From NCBI GenBank assembly GCA_050331615.1, contig JBHJGR010000284.1, positions 1 to 57,717 on the forward strand: DNA of 57,717 bases. Direction: 5' to 3'. Every line of letters starts with the position of its first letter. Positions within the stretch are counted from its first letter, which is position 1. This document shows positions 1-10,219 of this stretch, one piece after another. The notes under the pieces were generated by a model, which saw nothing but the letters and a program-made list of their open reading frames with translations, had not been told where the DNA came from and made no database searches. This stretch comes from Elainellaceae cyanobacterium. GTDB taxonomy: Bacteria; Cyanobacteriota; Cyanobacteriia; CAKZMO01. The position numbers and the translations under genes are program-made.

Positions 1-67
1 ACTACAAAGTGAAAACCAGAAATGGGGTGCAGATAACAAATGGCTCGCTGATACGCTCGGCTGTCTA

Positions 68-128
68 TGTAAAGGGTGGTCGTTCCTCCCCATGTCTGAA
101 GCCAGCGGCTCCCCGACCACCCCTTACA
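68..128. repeat. Hairpin, possibly an IS200/IS605-family end
   Basis: Arms tgtaaagggtggtcg (68-82) and cgaccaccccttaca (114-128) have 1 mismatch. They enclose ttcctccccatgtctgaagccagcgg, which resembles IS200/IS605 subterminal hairpins. Confidence 0.35.
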
Positions 129-185
129 AACCCCGATTTTCAGTGGGATTGGCTGAATTTGGCTATAATCCCTTCGGACACGTGG

Positions 186-259
186 TAAGTAGTTAAACAA
201 AATTATTTCCTTGGGGGTGCGCCCCTGAGGGAATGTAATTAAAACTGCTCAAGCACTTA
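186..259. mobile_element. MITE-like element, family A (degenerate)
   Basis: Termini taagtagtt...aagcactta with a central ggggtgcgcccc core; the right end resembles copies at 10956 and 29938. Confidence 0.5.
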
Positions 260-271
260 TTGGACGAGAAC

Positions 272-1672
272 ATGGTAGCAGTCGCAATCTTAGCCGCCGG
301 GCGCGGCACCCGCATGAAGTCTCACCTGCCGAAGGTTTTGCATCCTTTGGGGGGGCGATCGCTGGTTGAGCGTGTGCTTGACAGTCTGGGGGACATTGCG
401 CCCACCCGTACCTTAGTCGTAGTAGGCTATCAGGCTGACCTCGTCCAGAATTCCCTTCAGGCCCGAGCAGATGCCTTGGCACAGACAAACCGCAGCCTGG
501 AATTTGTGGTGCAGGCGGAGCAGCTCGGTACCGGACATGCGGTGCAGCAGGTCATGCCCCACCTGCAGGATTTCCAGGGCGATCTGCTGGTGCTCAACGG
601 TGACGTGCCGCTGCTGCGGCCCCAAACCCTGAAGCGGCTACTGGAGATCCATCGGGCTGAGCAGAACGCCGCCACAATTCTTACCGCCTGCCTCTCTAAC
701 CCCAGAGGCTATGGCCGGGTCTTCTGCGACGGTCAAAATATCGTCAGCCAAATCGTCGAAGATCGGGACTGCACCGCTGCCCAGAAGCAAAATCGCCGCA
801 TCAATGCCGGAGTGTACTGCTTCAAATGGAGCGAACTGGCGCGGGTTTTGCCCAAGCTGCAAACCAACAATAATCAGAAAGAGTATTATCTGACCGATGC
901 GATCGCCCATATGGCTCCCGTCATGGCAGTAGACGTGGACGATCCGCAGGAAATTCTGGGTATCAACGACCGTAAACAGCTCGCCGCGGCCTACGAAATC
1001 CTCCAGGCCCGCATCAAGGAAGAATGGATGATGGCGGGGGTAACGCTGATCGATCCCGGCAGCAATACCATCGACGACACGGTACAGATTGAGCCGGACG
1101 TGATTATTGAGCCCCAGACCCACCTGCGAGGCACCACAACGATTTGCACGGGTAGCCGCATCGGGCCGGGTTGCCTGATTGAAAACAGCCAGATTGGCGA
1201 GCAGGTGTCGATTCTCTACTCCGTGGTGACTGACAGCGTCGTGGAGGCCCATAGCCGCATCGGTCCCTATGCTCACTTACGGGGACAGGCCCACGTCGGC
1301 GAACGCTGCCGGGTGGGGAATTTCGTAGAGCTGAAAAAGGCTACGCTGGGCGATTGCACCAATGCGGCCCATTTGTCCTACCTGGGCGATGCCTCCCTGG
1401 GCCAGCAGGTGAACGTGGGGGCAGGCACCATCACCGCCAACTACGACGGCGTGAACAAACACCCGACCCATATTGGCGATCGCAGCAAAACCGGCTCCAA
1501 CAGTGTCCTAGTAGCACCGCTCCACATTGGCGCTGACGTCACTATTGCCGCCGGGTCAACGATTACCGAAGACGTACCCGATGACTGTCTGGTGATTGCG
1601 CGATCGCGTCAGGTGGTTAAGCCAGGGTGGAAGCTCCAGCCCAAGCAAGATTCGGAAGATTCATCGCCCTGA
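272..1672 (+). CDS. glmU: Bifunctional UDP-GlcNAc pyrophosphorylase / glucosamine-1-P N-acetyltransferase
   Basis: [11 protein letters not shown] nucleotidyltransferase motif, QLGTGHA, C-terminal hexapeptide repeats, [18 protein letters not shown] at 272. Confidence 0.97.
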   Translation: MVAVAILAAGRGTRMKSHLPKVLHPLGGRSLVERVLDSLGDIAPTRTLVVVGYQADLVQNSLQARADALAQTNRSLEFVVQAEQLGTGHAVQQVMPHLQDFQGDLLVLNGDVPLLRPQTLKRLLEIHRAEQNAATILTACLSNPRGYGRVFCDGQNIVSQIVEDRDCTAAQKQNRRINAGVYCFKWSELARVLPKLQTNNNQKEYYLTDAIAHMAPVMAVDVDDPQEILGINDRKQLAAAYEILQARIKEEWMMAGVTLIDPGSNTIDDTVQIEPDVIIEPQTHLRGTTTICTGSRIGPGCLIENSQIGEQVSILYSVVTDSVVEAHSRIGPYAHLRGQAHVGERCRVGNFVELKKATLGDCTNAAHLSYLGDASLGQQVNVGAGTITANYDGVNKHPTHIGDRSKTGSNSVLVAPLHIGADVTIAAGSTITEDVPDDCLVIARSRQVVKPGWKLQPKQDSEDSSP

Positions 1673-1767
1673 CTGGCTTTCTGAGGCTGTCAAAAGCAAT
1701 CCCAATGGTAAGCTATTGAGCACAATTGGTTTTGAACCCAGCTGTCCGCTGAATCGAGCAAGTTGCT

Positions 1768-3120
1768 GTGGCGCAGGTTGTTTTAGAAAACGTTTACAAA
1801 AGCTTTGCCAGTCGGTTTCCCAGGGACGTCCAGCCCGCCGCGGCAGAGGTGCCCCTCGCCGTGGACGCCGTCGCTCCTACCGTGACTGCGCCAGCTCAGA
1901 CCGCAGCGCCTCCAGGGACGGTCCTGCGTAACATTAACCTATCGGTACGGGATGGAGAGTTTATGGTGCTGGTGGGGCCGTCGGGCTGCGGCAAGAGTAC
2001 CCTGCTGCGATTAATTGCGGGACTGGAGCCCCTGACGGGAGGGAATATTTGGGTGGGCGATCGCCGGGTGAACGACCTACCGCCCAAGCAGCGGGACATT
2101 GCCATGGTGTTTCAAAACTACGCCCTCTACCCCCACCTGAGTGTCTACGACAATCTGGCCTTCGGGCTGCGACGCATGGTTCAGGGTGCCGATATTGATA
2201 GTGCCGATATTGACCTAGCTATCGGATCGGGCGTTTTGCCCTCCCATCCGTTCCGGCAATGGCGGGATGCGGCGCTGGTCAGGCTGACGCGGCCGCTGCC
2301 CCGGAGGCGGCGCTACCAGTCCCAGCGGGAGCAGGCCATCGACAAGCGGGTGCTGACCGTAGCCCAGATGCTGCAAATCGAAGGGCTGCTCGATCGCCTG
2401 CCCCGCCAGCTTTCGGGAGGGCAGAAGCAGCGGGTCGCCCTGGGGCGAGCTATGGCCCGGAATCCCCAGGTTTTTCTGATGGATGAGCCGCTGTCGAACC
2501 TGGACGCCAAGCTGCGCATTGAAACCCGCGCCCAGATCGTCAACCTGCAGCGGAAGTTGGGGACGACCACCCTGTACGTGACCCACGACCAGACGGAAGC
2601 GATGACCATGGGCGATCGCATCGCGGTCATGAACGGCGGCGTGCTCCAGCAGGTGGCCACCCCGCTCGACCTGTACCATTTCCCCGCCAATCGGTTCGTG
2701 GCGGAGTTCATTGGCACCCTGCCGATGAATTTCCTGACCGTGACGGTGACGGCACCGCTGCTGATTACCCATCCCGCCTTTCGCCTGACGCTGCCTGAGA
2801 AATGGGACGAGCAGCTCCGCCGCTATGATGGGCGATCGCTCCTATTGGGCATCCGACCCGAACACCTGAGTCTGGCGGTGCCTGCTCCCAAGAATCTGCC
2901 CGTCCGCGTTGATCGGGTAGAAACTCTGGGCAGTGATACCCACTTCATCGGGACGCTGATGGTTCCAGCGGGATCGGTGCCGAACCCAATCGCTCTACAG
3001 GCCCGAATTTCTCCCGACGATCGGGTGGTTCGATATGACGACCTGTGGCTGGCGATCGACTCCAGCAAAATTCACCTGTTTGACCCCGACACTGAGGCAG
3101 CGCTGATGCCGTTGGCGTAG
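1768..3120 (+). CDS. Sugar ABC transporter ATP-binding subunit (MalK/GgtA-like)
   Basis: Walker A GPSGCGKS, VFQNYALYPH, LSGGQKQRVALGRA, DEPLSNLDAKLR, C-terminal TOBE-like region (LGIRPEHL). Confidence 0.93.
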   Translation: MAQVVLENVYKSFASRFPRDVQPAAAEVPLAVDAVAPTVTAPAQTAAPPGTVLRNINLSVRDGEFMVLVGPSGCGKSTLLRLIAGLEPLTGGNIWVGDRRVNDLPPKQRDIAMVFQNYALYPHLSVYDNLAFGLRRMVQGADIDSADIDLAIGSGVLPSHPFRQWRDAALVRLTRPLPRRRRYQSQREQAIDKRVLTVAQMLQIEGLLDRLPRQLSGGQKQRVALGRAMARNPQVFLMDEPLSNLDAKLRIETRAQIVNLQRKLGTTTLYVTHDQTEAMTMGDRIAVMNGGVLQQVATPLDLYHFPANRFVAEFIGTLPMNFLTVTVTAPLLITHPAFRLTLPEKWDEQLRRYDGRSLLLGIRPEHLSLAVPAPKNLPVRVDRVETLGSDTHFIGTLMVPAGSVPNPIALQARISPDDRVVRYDDLWLAIDSSKIHLFDPDTEAALMPLA

Positions 3121-3151
3121 CCCTCGTTTAACTCCACTGAGCCACGTTTAC

Positions 3152-3697
3152 ATGGTTGCCAATCCCCAAATTCCTGCTCTTCAAGCTCTGGAGCCGATTC
3201 CCTACATTGACGCTCAGGGACACCTGCCCCAGCAGCTAGGGGGAGCCGTGGGCGTTTACGCAATTTTTTCCCAGGAGCAGACCCTGCAATACGTGGGCTA
3301 CTCGCGCAACGTGCTGCTGAGCCTCCAGCAGCATCTGATTCGGCGGCCCCAGCAGTGTCACTGGGTCAAAGTCCACACAATTGAGCGGCCCCAGCGGAGT
3401 TGGTTAGAAGCAATTCGAGACGCCTGGATCGCCGAGAATGGAGCCACTCCGGCTGGCAACGGGGCGGAGGAAGCAGACTGGACCCAGCCGATTGACGCCA
3501 CCCAGAAAATGACCGCTGAGGAGCGTGTCACCTATGAATCGGCGGCGACGGAGGGGGAGCAGGCAAAGGCGCTGAAGCAGGTAGCGCGGCGGGTGGAGGG
3601 GGCGATCGCCACCCAGCTCAAAGAGCGAGGTCTGACTGACCCTATCCGGTTCGACCCCAAGCTCAAGGAGCAGGGGTTGCTGAACGTTAAACCCTAA
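3152..3697 (+). CDS. GIY-YIG-like domain protein
   Basis: GVYAIF...QYVGYSRN motif. Confidence 0.7.
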   Translation: MVANPQIPALQALEPIPYIDAQGHLPQQLGGAVGVYAIFSQEQTLQYVGYSRNVLLSLQQHLIRRPQQCHWVKVHTIERPQRSWLEAIRDAWIAENGATPAGNGAEEADWTQPIDATQKMTAEERVTYESAATEGEQAKALKQVARRVEGAIATQLKERGLTDPIRFDPKLKEQGLLNVKP

Positions 3698-3700
3698 GGT

Positions 3701-4246
3701 TTAGTCTTGACAGACCACTGGCGATTGGGTGGCTACTGGCTCCCCCTGGGGACACCAGACCATCGGCTGGAGGGACTTTTCCAGGTAAAGGGGATGGGCG
3801 GGGTGGCCCGATTTTGTCAGGGCGAGGCAGTGGGGCTGGGTTAGTAGCGGCAAGACGAGGCGATCGCGCCCCAAGAAACTGCCGTGATTGCCCCAAGCCA
3901 TGATGACTCGATGTGCCCGCCGGTTAAGTATGCAAATCCAATCATCTGTCTCAGGCCCGACGGGGTTTTCAGCGGCTTTAAGGTCACGGGGATGGGTGGC
4001 GCGATAGGCAAACAGGTTCGCCACATAGACGCCGCCATAGCCCCAGGACCGGGCATAGCCAATGCAGCGACGGCAGGTGGGATCATTGCGGGTGCCGTCG
4101 GCAGTGGAGGGATTGAGGCCGAGAAATAGCACCCAGGGCTTTTGGGCATCCCAGACGCGCCAGAGGACATATCGATAGGTCTGGCAGGGGGAAAAAACTG
4201 CGCCAGATGGCGTCGCGTCAGAACCCAATGGCGTCGCGAGTGGCAT
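3701..4246 (-). CDS. DUF1643 family protein
   Basis: YRYVLWRVWD, FLGLNPSTAD, NLFAYRATHP, AWG and HPAHPLY motifs. Confidence 0.85.
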   Translation of the reverse strand: MPLATPLGSDATPSGAVFSPCQTYRYVLWRVWDAQKPWVLFLGLNPSTADGTRNDPTCRRCIGYARSWGYGGVYVANLFAYRATHPRDLKAAENPVGPETDDWICILNRRAHRVIMAWGNHGSFLGRDRLVLPLLTQPHCLALTKSGHPAHPLYLEKSLQPMVWCPQGEPVATQSPVVCQD

Positions 4247-4267
4247 CACGGTAGGCAACTGTGTGGT

Positions 4268-4285
4268 TATGTAACTGTTTGTAAT
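4268..4285 (-). promoter_or_regulatory. Candidate HLR1 (RpaB) site
   Basis: Minus strand reads ATTACAAA-CA-GTTACATA, matching (G/T)TTACA(T/A)(T/A)-N2 direct repeats with one mismatch; it lies in a divergent intergenic region. Confidence 0.45.
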
Positions 4286-4341
4286 TTTTCTTTAAACTGG
4301 AGAAGAGTCCATAGCGTACCCCGTATCTCCCCATCCCAACC

Positions 4342-4995
4342 ATGGTATTTGAACCCGCCCAGCGGCGCAAAATAGACGAATCCGACGATGCGCTGTTCTA
4401 CGACTTCCCCCGCTTCGTCACCCACGTCGATGAAGGCTTTATCCAGCAGCTCACGGATTTATATCGCGATCGCCTCCAGCCCCAGACCCGCATCTTCGAC
4501 ATGATGAGTAGCTGGGTGTCTCACCTGCCGGACGGCATGACCTTTGAGCATGTGGAGGGGCACGGTATGAACGAGGAGGAGCTGGCCCGCAATTCTCGCC
4601 TGGACCACTACTTTGTGCAGAATCTCAACCAGAATCCCCAGCTGCCGCTGCCGGATGAGTCCTTCGATGCTGTTTTGAATGCCGTCTCCGTGCAGTATTT
4701 GCAGTATCCGGACCAGGTGTTTGCTGAAATCAGCCGCATTCTTAAGCCGGGGGGAATCTGCATCGTCAGCTTCTCAAACCGGATGTTTTACCAGAAGGCC
4801 ATCCAGGCGTGGCGGGACGGTTCGGAGTCAAGCCGGGTAGAGCTGGTTAAGCGCTATTTCCAGTCCACCCCCGACTTTGAGCCGCCGGAGGTAATTTCCC
4901 GGCAGCCCTCCGTTCCCTCCTTCCTACAAATGCTGGGGATGCCGGGGGGCGATCCGTTCTATGCGGTGCTGGCAGTCAAGGCATCGAAATCGTAG
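4342..4995 (+). CDS. Class I SAM-dependent methyltransferase
   Basis: PRFVTHVD, DMMSSWVSHLP, FDAVLNAVSVQYL and SFSNRMF; conserved cyanobacterial/plant methyltransferase type. Confidence 0.85.
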   Translation: MVFEPAQRRKIDESDDALFYDFPRFVTHVDEGFIQQLTDLYRDRLQPQTRIFDMMSSWVSHLPDGMTFEHVEGHGMNEEELARNSRLDHYFVQNLNQNPQLPLPDESFDAVLNAVSVQYLQYPDQVFAEISRILKPGGICIVSFSNRMFYQKAIQAWRDGSESSRVELVKRYFQSTPDFEPPEVISRQPSVPSFLQMLGMPGGDPFYAVLAVKASKS

Positions 4996-5070
4996 GAAGC
5001 AATTGTAGGAATCTAAGGGGCGTCGCTCGTTTGGGGGCAGATGGTGTTTAGGGTAAATGGCCATTTGCCC

Positions 5071-5799
5071 CTACAGGGTGTGCGCCAGGACTCGCTCCAG
5101 GACCACCTGATAGGCGGCTTCCACGTTCCCCAGGTCGTGACGGAAACGGTCCTTATCCATCACCCGCTGGTTGGGGTCAGTTTCGGCCTGGTTCCAGAGG
5201 CGGCAGGTGTCGGGGCTAATCTCATCTGCTAACAGCAATCGCTGATCGACATCGAGCCCGAACTCTAGCTTGAAGTCCACCAGGGTAATGCCGCACTGCT
5301 GGAAAAAATTGGTCAGAATCTGGTTGACCTGGAGGGCGATCGCCTCCAGCTCATTCACCTGTGCCGGGGTAGCCAGATCCATAATATCGATGCGATCGCG
5401 CGTCAGTAGAGGATCACCCAGCTCATCGTTCTTGTAGTAAAACTCCACAATTGGGCGCTTCAGCACCGTTCCCGTTGCCAGCCCAGTTTGACGACACAGG
5501 CTGCCCGCCGCAATGTTGCGCACCACCACCTCTAGGGGCACGATGGTCACCGCCCGCACCCGCATGGTGTTGGGTGAGGGCTGGTCAATCCAGTGGGTGG
5601 CGATCCCCGCCTTCTCCAACTGCTGGAAAAGATGGCTGGAAATGGCGCAGTTCATCTCGCCTTTGCCGGTGATGCTGCCCCGCTTTTGGGCGTTAAACGC
5701 CGTGGCGTCGTCTTTGAAATGGCTGAGGACAACGGTCGGATCAGCCGTAGCGTAGAGAATTTTGGCCTTGCCTTCATAGAGTTTGGTTCCAGTTTCCAT
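5071..5799 (-). CDS. purC: SAICAR synthetase
   Basis: LYEGKAK, FKDDATAFNA, PLEVVVRN, VDFKLEFG, LADEISPDTCRLW, DKDRFR. Confidence 0.97.
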   Translation of the reverse strand: METGTKLYEGKAKILYATADPTVVLSHFKDDATAFNAQKRGSITGKGEMNCAISSHLFQQLEKAGIATHWIDQPSPNTMRVRAVTIVPLEVVVRNIAAGSLCRQTGLATGTVLKRPIVEFYYKNDELGDPLLTRDRIDIMDLATPAQVNELEAIALQVNQILTNFFQQCGITLVDFKLEFGLDVDQRLLLADEISPDTCRLWNQAETDPNQRVMDKDRFRHDLGNVEAAYQVVLERVLAHTL

Positions 5800-5828
5800 T
5801 GGATTTAATGGGATTGCAGCGATAGGGA

Positions 5829-6518
5829 TCAAGCGATGGGGCTGGTGACGTCCGGCTGGGGCGTCTGAGCCGGAGTTTCTGGCGTTGAAATCAGATCAGG
5901 CCGGACACAGAGATAGGCTACGGGTCCCAGCAGCGGTATCCAGCCGAGCAGCCACAGGGGATGGGTGCGGTCCAGCCCTCGCCGCGCCAGATCGTCTCCC
6001 AGCAGAGCCGGGAACAGCAGCGCCAGCAGACAAAAGTCCAGGCTCATGACGTGGATAAAGCGGCTGGTCTGCCACTGGGCCACAAAGTCGGACCAGTTTC
6101 CGTTCATCAGCCCATAGCCCAGGAGTGTTATAGTGCCGAGGGCGATCGCCCCCCCTAACCAGCGACTATCCAGAATGCGAATGAACCAGTGCTTCGGTCC
6201 TGGAAACTGGCCATTGGACTGACGTAGCGCCAGGTAGGGCAGCAGGGCGAAGGCTCCGACAGCGAAAGAGGCGATCGCAAAGGGCCAGACGGGTATTCGT
6301 TGCGATCGCCCATCGGCAAACAGAACACAGCTATAGATCAGCGGCCAGATCCCCATCAGGTTAAATAGGGCAACAACCAGGGGATTGATCCCGTCCCACT
6401 GCCCCGAGGACAGGTCGAGGATGAGCGGTAGCGTATCGGGTTGGTCCGGTGGTGCTAGCAGAAACGCATAGGTAACGAAACCTACCCATAGACTGAAGAA
6501 AGCGATGCGCTTAGCCAT
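5829..6518 (-). CDS. Conserved multi-pass membrane protein (DUF2834-like)
   Basis: Several hydrophobic segments; LFNLMGIWP and FIHVMSLDF motifs typical of a cyanobacterial/plant family. Confidence 0.65.
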   Translation of the reverse strand: MAKRIAFFSLWVGFVTYAFLLAPPDQPDTLPLILDLSSGQWDGINPLVVALFNLMGIWPLIYSCVLFADGRSQRIPVWPFAIASFAVGAFALLPYLALRQSNGQFPGPKHWFIRILDSRWLGGAIALGTITLLGYGLMNGNWSDFVAQWQTSRFIHVMSLDFCLLALLFPALLGDDLARRGLDRTHPLWLLGWIPLLGPVAYLCVRPDLISTPETPAQTPQPDVTSPIA

Positions 6519-6761
6519 GACTCTGGTAGAATTCACTCACCCTCTATAATGCGGGATAACGCAGCAATCCGCAGAAAACGCTGCTTTCGGGGGGTTTCAG
6601 GTCAGTTCCCGGTTGGAAAAGTTAACGTAGACCATTAACAATCGTCTCATTCGTTATCTTTTTTTACTAATAAGTCAAGTAGGCTTAAACTTTTCTCCAG
6701 ATTCTCGCCACCTGCCCTAACGTTGGAATGGGGAGAGTGTGAGTCGTTAGGAGCAGTATTG

Positions 6762-7724
6762 ATGAACAGAGAATTCCTACTAAGAGCTTATGAGGCGGGT
6801 CAGCGCGACTTTGCTGGCGTCGACTTCCAGGGAGCCAACCTTCAAGAGGTCACCCTCATCGGCGTTAACTTTACGGGGGCTAACTTCACCGGGGCCGATT
6901 TGAGTCGGGCTTTTCTGACTCGGTCAAATCTATCAGAAGCTTTTCTCAACTGGGCCAACCTTCGCTACACCAAGCTCAGCGATGGTTGCCTGGAGGATGC
7001 CGACCTGACCAAGTCTGATCTAAGCGGCGCTTTCCTGGTAAAGTCCGACTTGCTGCGGGCCAAGCTGAGCGGCGCTGATTTGACCCATGCCAACCTGCGA
7101 AATGCCATCCTGCAGCGGGCCAACCTTTGCGGCGCTAACCTTTCGGGCAGCAACCTCCGCAATGCCGATTTGACGCGGGCCAACCTCAACTGGGCCAACC
7201 TGGCTGAAGCGCGGCTCAGTGGCGCTAACCTGGCGGGGGCATTTCTGACTGACGTTAATCTCAAGGGGGCTTATCTCAACGGTCTAGACCTGCGGGGCAT
7301 CGACTTGACGGGCGTAAACCTGAGTCAGGCCAAGCTGAGCGGGGCAAATTTGGAAGGTGCCAACCTCACCTCGACCAATCTCACCGAAGCGAAGCTGCGG
7401 GGAGTGAAGCTGATGCGGGCTGACCTATCCGGCGCGGACCTATCGGCAGCGCAACTGGATCGGGCTAACCTTGACTGGAGCAACCTGAGTCAGGCAAATT
7501 TTACGGCGGCTGATCTCCAAGAGGCGAAGCTCTTAGGGGTCAAGATTGAAGGCACGGTGTTTGCCAGTGCCCTCTTACCTGAGTTGACGCGCCAGTACCT
7601 CAGCATGGTGGCGTCGGGAGGTCAGCTATTTGGAGCCGGTCAGATGCATCCGCTGTCCGATGGGCGCTTTGCACCACCTCATCCATACCCCCAAGCCGTG
7701 ACTCATTCCCTGGAGAAAACGTAG
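6762..7724 (+). CDS. Pentapeptide repeat protein
   Basis: Long run of A(D/N)Lxx repeats; AGGAG upstream of the ATG at 6762. Confidence 0.93.
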   Translation: MNREFLLRAYEAGQRDFAGVDFQGANLQEVTLIGVNFTGANFTGADLSRAFLTRSNLSEAFLNWANLRYTKLSDGCLEDADLTKSDLSGAFLVKSDLLRAKLSGADLTHANLRNAILQRANLCGANLSGSNLRNADLTRANLNWANLAEARLSGANLAGAFLTDVNLKGAYLNGLDLRGIDLTGVNLSQAKLSGANLEGANLTSTNLTEAKLRGVKLMRADLSGADLSAAQLDRANLDWSNLSQANFTAADLQEAKLLGVKIEGTVFASALLPELTRQYLSMVASGGQLFGAGQMHPLSDGRFAPPHPYPQAVTHSLEKT

Positions 7725-7726
7725 CC

Positions 7727-8065
7727 GTGGACCAGCAAGCTACCTATGGTGTGGTGCTAGTGACCGCCGCTTCCCGGGATGAAGCCGTGGCGATCGCCCA
7801 ATCCCTCATTCAAGAGGGCTTAGCGGCTTGCGTTGGAATGATTCCTATCCAATCAATTTACGTGTGGGAAGGCAAAACCCACCAAGATGATGAATGGCAG
7901 CTCATCATTAAGACTCGTCTAGACTGCTTTCGTGACCTAGAAGCCGCAGTACAGAAAATCCACTCCTATGACGTGCCAGAGATCATTGCTCTCCCCATCC
8001 TGGCTGGCTCTCAGCCCTATCTAGACTGGATGGCGACCCAAGTGAGCGATCGCCCCTCACAATAA
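7727..8065 (+). CDS. cutA: Divalent-cation tolerance protein CutA
   Basis: LAACV, SIYVWEG, HSYDVPEIIALPI, YLDW. Confidence 0.93.
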   Translation: MDQQATYGVVLVTAASRDEAVAIAQSLIQEGLAACVGMIPIQSIYVWEGKTHQDDEWQLIIKTRLDCFRDLEAAVQKIHSYDVPEIIALPILAGSQPYLDWMATQVSDRPSQ

Positions 8066-8800
8066 AGAAATTTGGTCAAAGCAATCCACTAGGGCATCAG
8101 CTTCCTTGAGATGCTCTGCTGTTCCCCATCCCCAAGTGACGCCTACGCAGCCCACGGCGTTTACTGCTTGGGCGATCGCAATATCGAGGGGCGAGTCGCC
8201 AATCACGAGAATCGATTCACAAGGCACCTCCAGTTGGGCACAGAGCTGTCGCAGCAACTCCGGATCGCGTTTCCCGACGTTACCATCAGAGCCCACCAGC
8301 GCTTGGAAGTAAGGCCCTAGCTGGTTAAATTCAACAAAATCTTTCACGTGAGCGGAAGTATCTGCTGAGAGCAGCGCCAGAGGGACTCTAGCATTAGCCA
8401 ACCGCTGTAAACAGGCCAGCGCTCCCTCAAACAGCGGCGTGTTTTCTGCCTTCCGCAGCAGGTAAGAATCGGCCTCAGCAAAGGCAGATGCAGCGATCTT
8501 CAGCGATTCAACCCAGCCCCGTCCCGTTTCTGCCACATAGGCCGCCGCCGCAATTTCGTTTTCCTGACGGGTACCGACTGCTAGCAGCCCAGATGGATTG
8601 ATCCCTCCCTCCTCTAGCCCGAACGCCAACTGCAGCGGTTCCTGTACGCCGGGCACTTGGGCATCAATTAAGCGCGATCGCCGCCGTCCCAGCATTTTCA
8701 AGAACTCGTTTGAATCGGCCAGGGTGCCGTCTTTGTCGAACACAACAGCCTGGACCTGCTCAAACACCACGTCGCAACAGCGAAGGCTAAACTCGACCAC
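8057..8800 (-). CDS. HAD-family hydrolase
   Basis: FDKDGTL motif I and IGDSPLD motif IV. Confidence 0.88.
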   Translation of the reverse strand: MVEFSLRCCDVVFEQVQAVVFDKDGTLADSNEFLKMLGRRRSRLIDAQVPGVQEPLQLAFGLEEGGINPSGLLAVGTRQENEIAAAAYVAETGRGWVESLKIAASAFAEADSYLLRKAENTPLFEGALACLQRLANARVPLALLSADTSAHVKDFVEFNQLGPYFQALVGSDGNVGKRDPELLRQLCAQLEVPCESILVIGDSPLDIAIAQAVNAVGCVGVTWGWGTAEHLKEADALVDCFDQISLL

Positions 8801-8831
8801 CGCTTTTCCCCATTTTTTCCGCTAATACGAA

Positions 8832-8858
8832 CCAATCCCCCGCAGTGCAGGGGATTGG
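8832..8858 (-). terminator. Probable terminator/stem-loop after rps1
   Basis: ccaatcccc...ggggattgg stem just past the rps1 stop, followed by ttcgtatt on the minus strand. Confidence 0.55.
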
Positions 8859-8874
8859 CTCACCATAAAGACGC

Positions 8875-9876
8875 CTACTCCTCGGAAGCAGAGGGAATGC
8901 CCCCGCTATCGTCAGAGGCATCGCCTGCGGACGCACCATTTTCCGATTCCGCGTATCCCTGTGGCTGCATTGTACGCTCCCGATACTTCGCAGCCATTTC
9001 CTCAGCCTTGTCGTAGACGAGGTCAGGATTTTTCACCATGTCGCCCGGCTCGGGCTCAAGCTGCTTAGTCGATAGGGAAATGCGCCCCCGCTCGGCGTCC
9101 AGATCAATGATCATCACTTTGACTTCGTCATTGACGTTGAAGACGCTATGGGGGGTGTCGATGTGGTCGTGGGAAATCTCGGAGATGTGGAGTAGGCCAC
9201 TCACGCCGCCGATATCGATAAACGCACCGTAGGGCTTGAGCCCACGAACGGTACCGATAACAACCTCGCCCACCTCAAGGCGATTCATCTTCCGCTCAAC
9301 CAGCGCTCGGCGATGGCTCAGCACCAGCCGGTTGCGATCTTCATCGACTTCTAGGAACTTGAGAGGCAGTTCTTCAGAAACCAGGTCTTCTTTTGGTTTA
9401 CGAGTGCTGATATGTGAGCCAGGAATAAAGCCTCGCAGCCCTTCAATGCGCACCAGTGCCCCACCCCGGTTGGTTGCGAACACGGCAGAGCGCACGGTGG
9501 CATCCTCTGCCTGAAGCTGCCTGACCCGCTCCCATGCTCGCATGTATTCGATGCGGCGAATTGAGAGGGTCAACTGACCGTCTTCATTTTCGTCCGTCAG
9601 GATGAAGAACTCTCTGGTTTCGTTCGACTGTAGTACCTCCCCTGGATCGTCGATTCGGTTGATCGACATCTCCTGAATGGGGATATAGGCCGCCGTCTTA
9701 GCACCAATGTCAATCAGTGCTCCCCTCGGCTCTATGCTAAACACCGTCCCTGCGACTACATCTCCAGGGCTGAAGTGATAGTCATACTTGTCAAGGAGAG
9801 CTGCAAAATCTTCGTGTGTGAAGCCAATATTTGATGTATCCTTATCTTTCTCGGTTTCCTTTTGCTGATTGACCAT
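8875..9876 (-). CDS. rps1: 30S ribosomal protein S1
   Basis: Three S1 domains; FAALLDKYDYHF, YGAFIDIGGVSGLLHISEIS. Confidence 0.96.
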   Translation of the reverse strand: MVNQQKETEKDKDTSNIGFTHEDFAALLDKYDYHFSPGDVVAGTVFSIEPRGALIDIGAKTAAYIPIQEMSINRIDDPGEVLQSNETREFFILTDENEDGQLTLSIRRIEYMRAWERVRQLQAEDATVRSAVFATNRGGALVRIEGLRGFIPGSHISTRKPKEDLVSEELPLKFLEVDEDRNRLVLSHRRALVERKMNRLEVGEVVIGTVRGLKPYGAFIDIGGVSGLLHISEISHDHIDTPHSVFNVNDEVKVMIIDLDAERGRISLSTKQLEPEPGDMVKNPDLVYDKAEEMAAKYRERTMQPQGYAESENGASAGDASDDSGGIPSASEE

Positions 9877-10219
9877 GCGAATGCTTCCTAGCGTGTATCT
9901 CCGTCGTGAAGTTTCTTGAGTGGGGTAAGTATTATCTCTATCTGAGGGTTAGCCGTGGAGTTCTTAGCCTCCTTCGCTTCACCTCTTGCTATCTCGTGAA
10001 AACGGCTGGCGGAATCGCCTAATCGCTGTTCAGTCAAAACCATTGTATGAGATCTATCGGCGAGCTGCTGCTCATATAAGCCCCAGATAGAAGATTGTAC
10101 CGCAAAGATACAGTTTCAGCAAAATCTGCTGCGGCACCCGAGCAAAACCGCTGGCGGACGTGGAGTTTTCCCATGGAGAAGGTTCCACGTCCTAAGACGG
10201 ACAAGGCTCAGATTTGGGC

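Noticed and set aside
638-2772. Long antisense ORFs (638-1276, 2215-2772) and similar shadow ORFs elsewhere
   Set aside because: They lie opposite well-supported genes in GC-rich DNA and have no motifs.
6762-7724. Strong nucleotide periodicity
   Set aside because: It is explained by pentapeptide-repeat coding.
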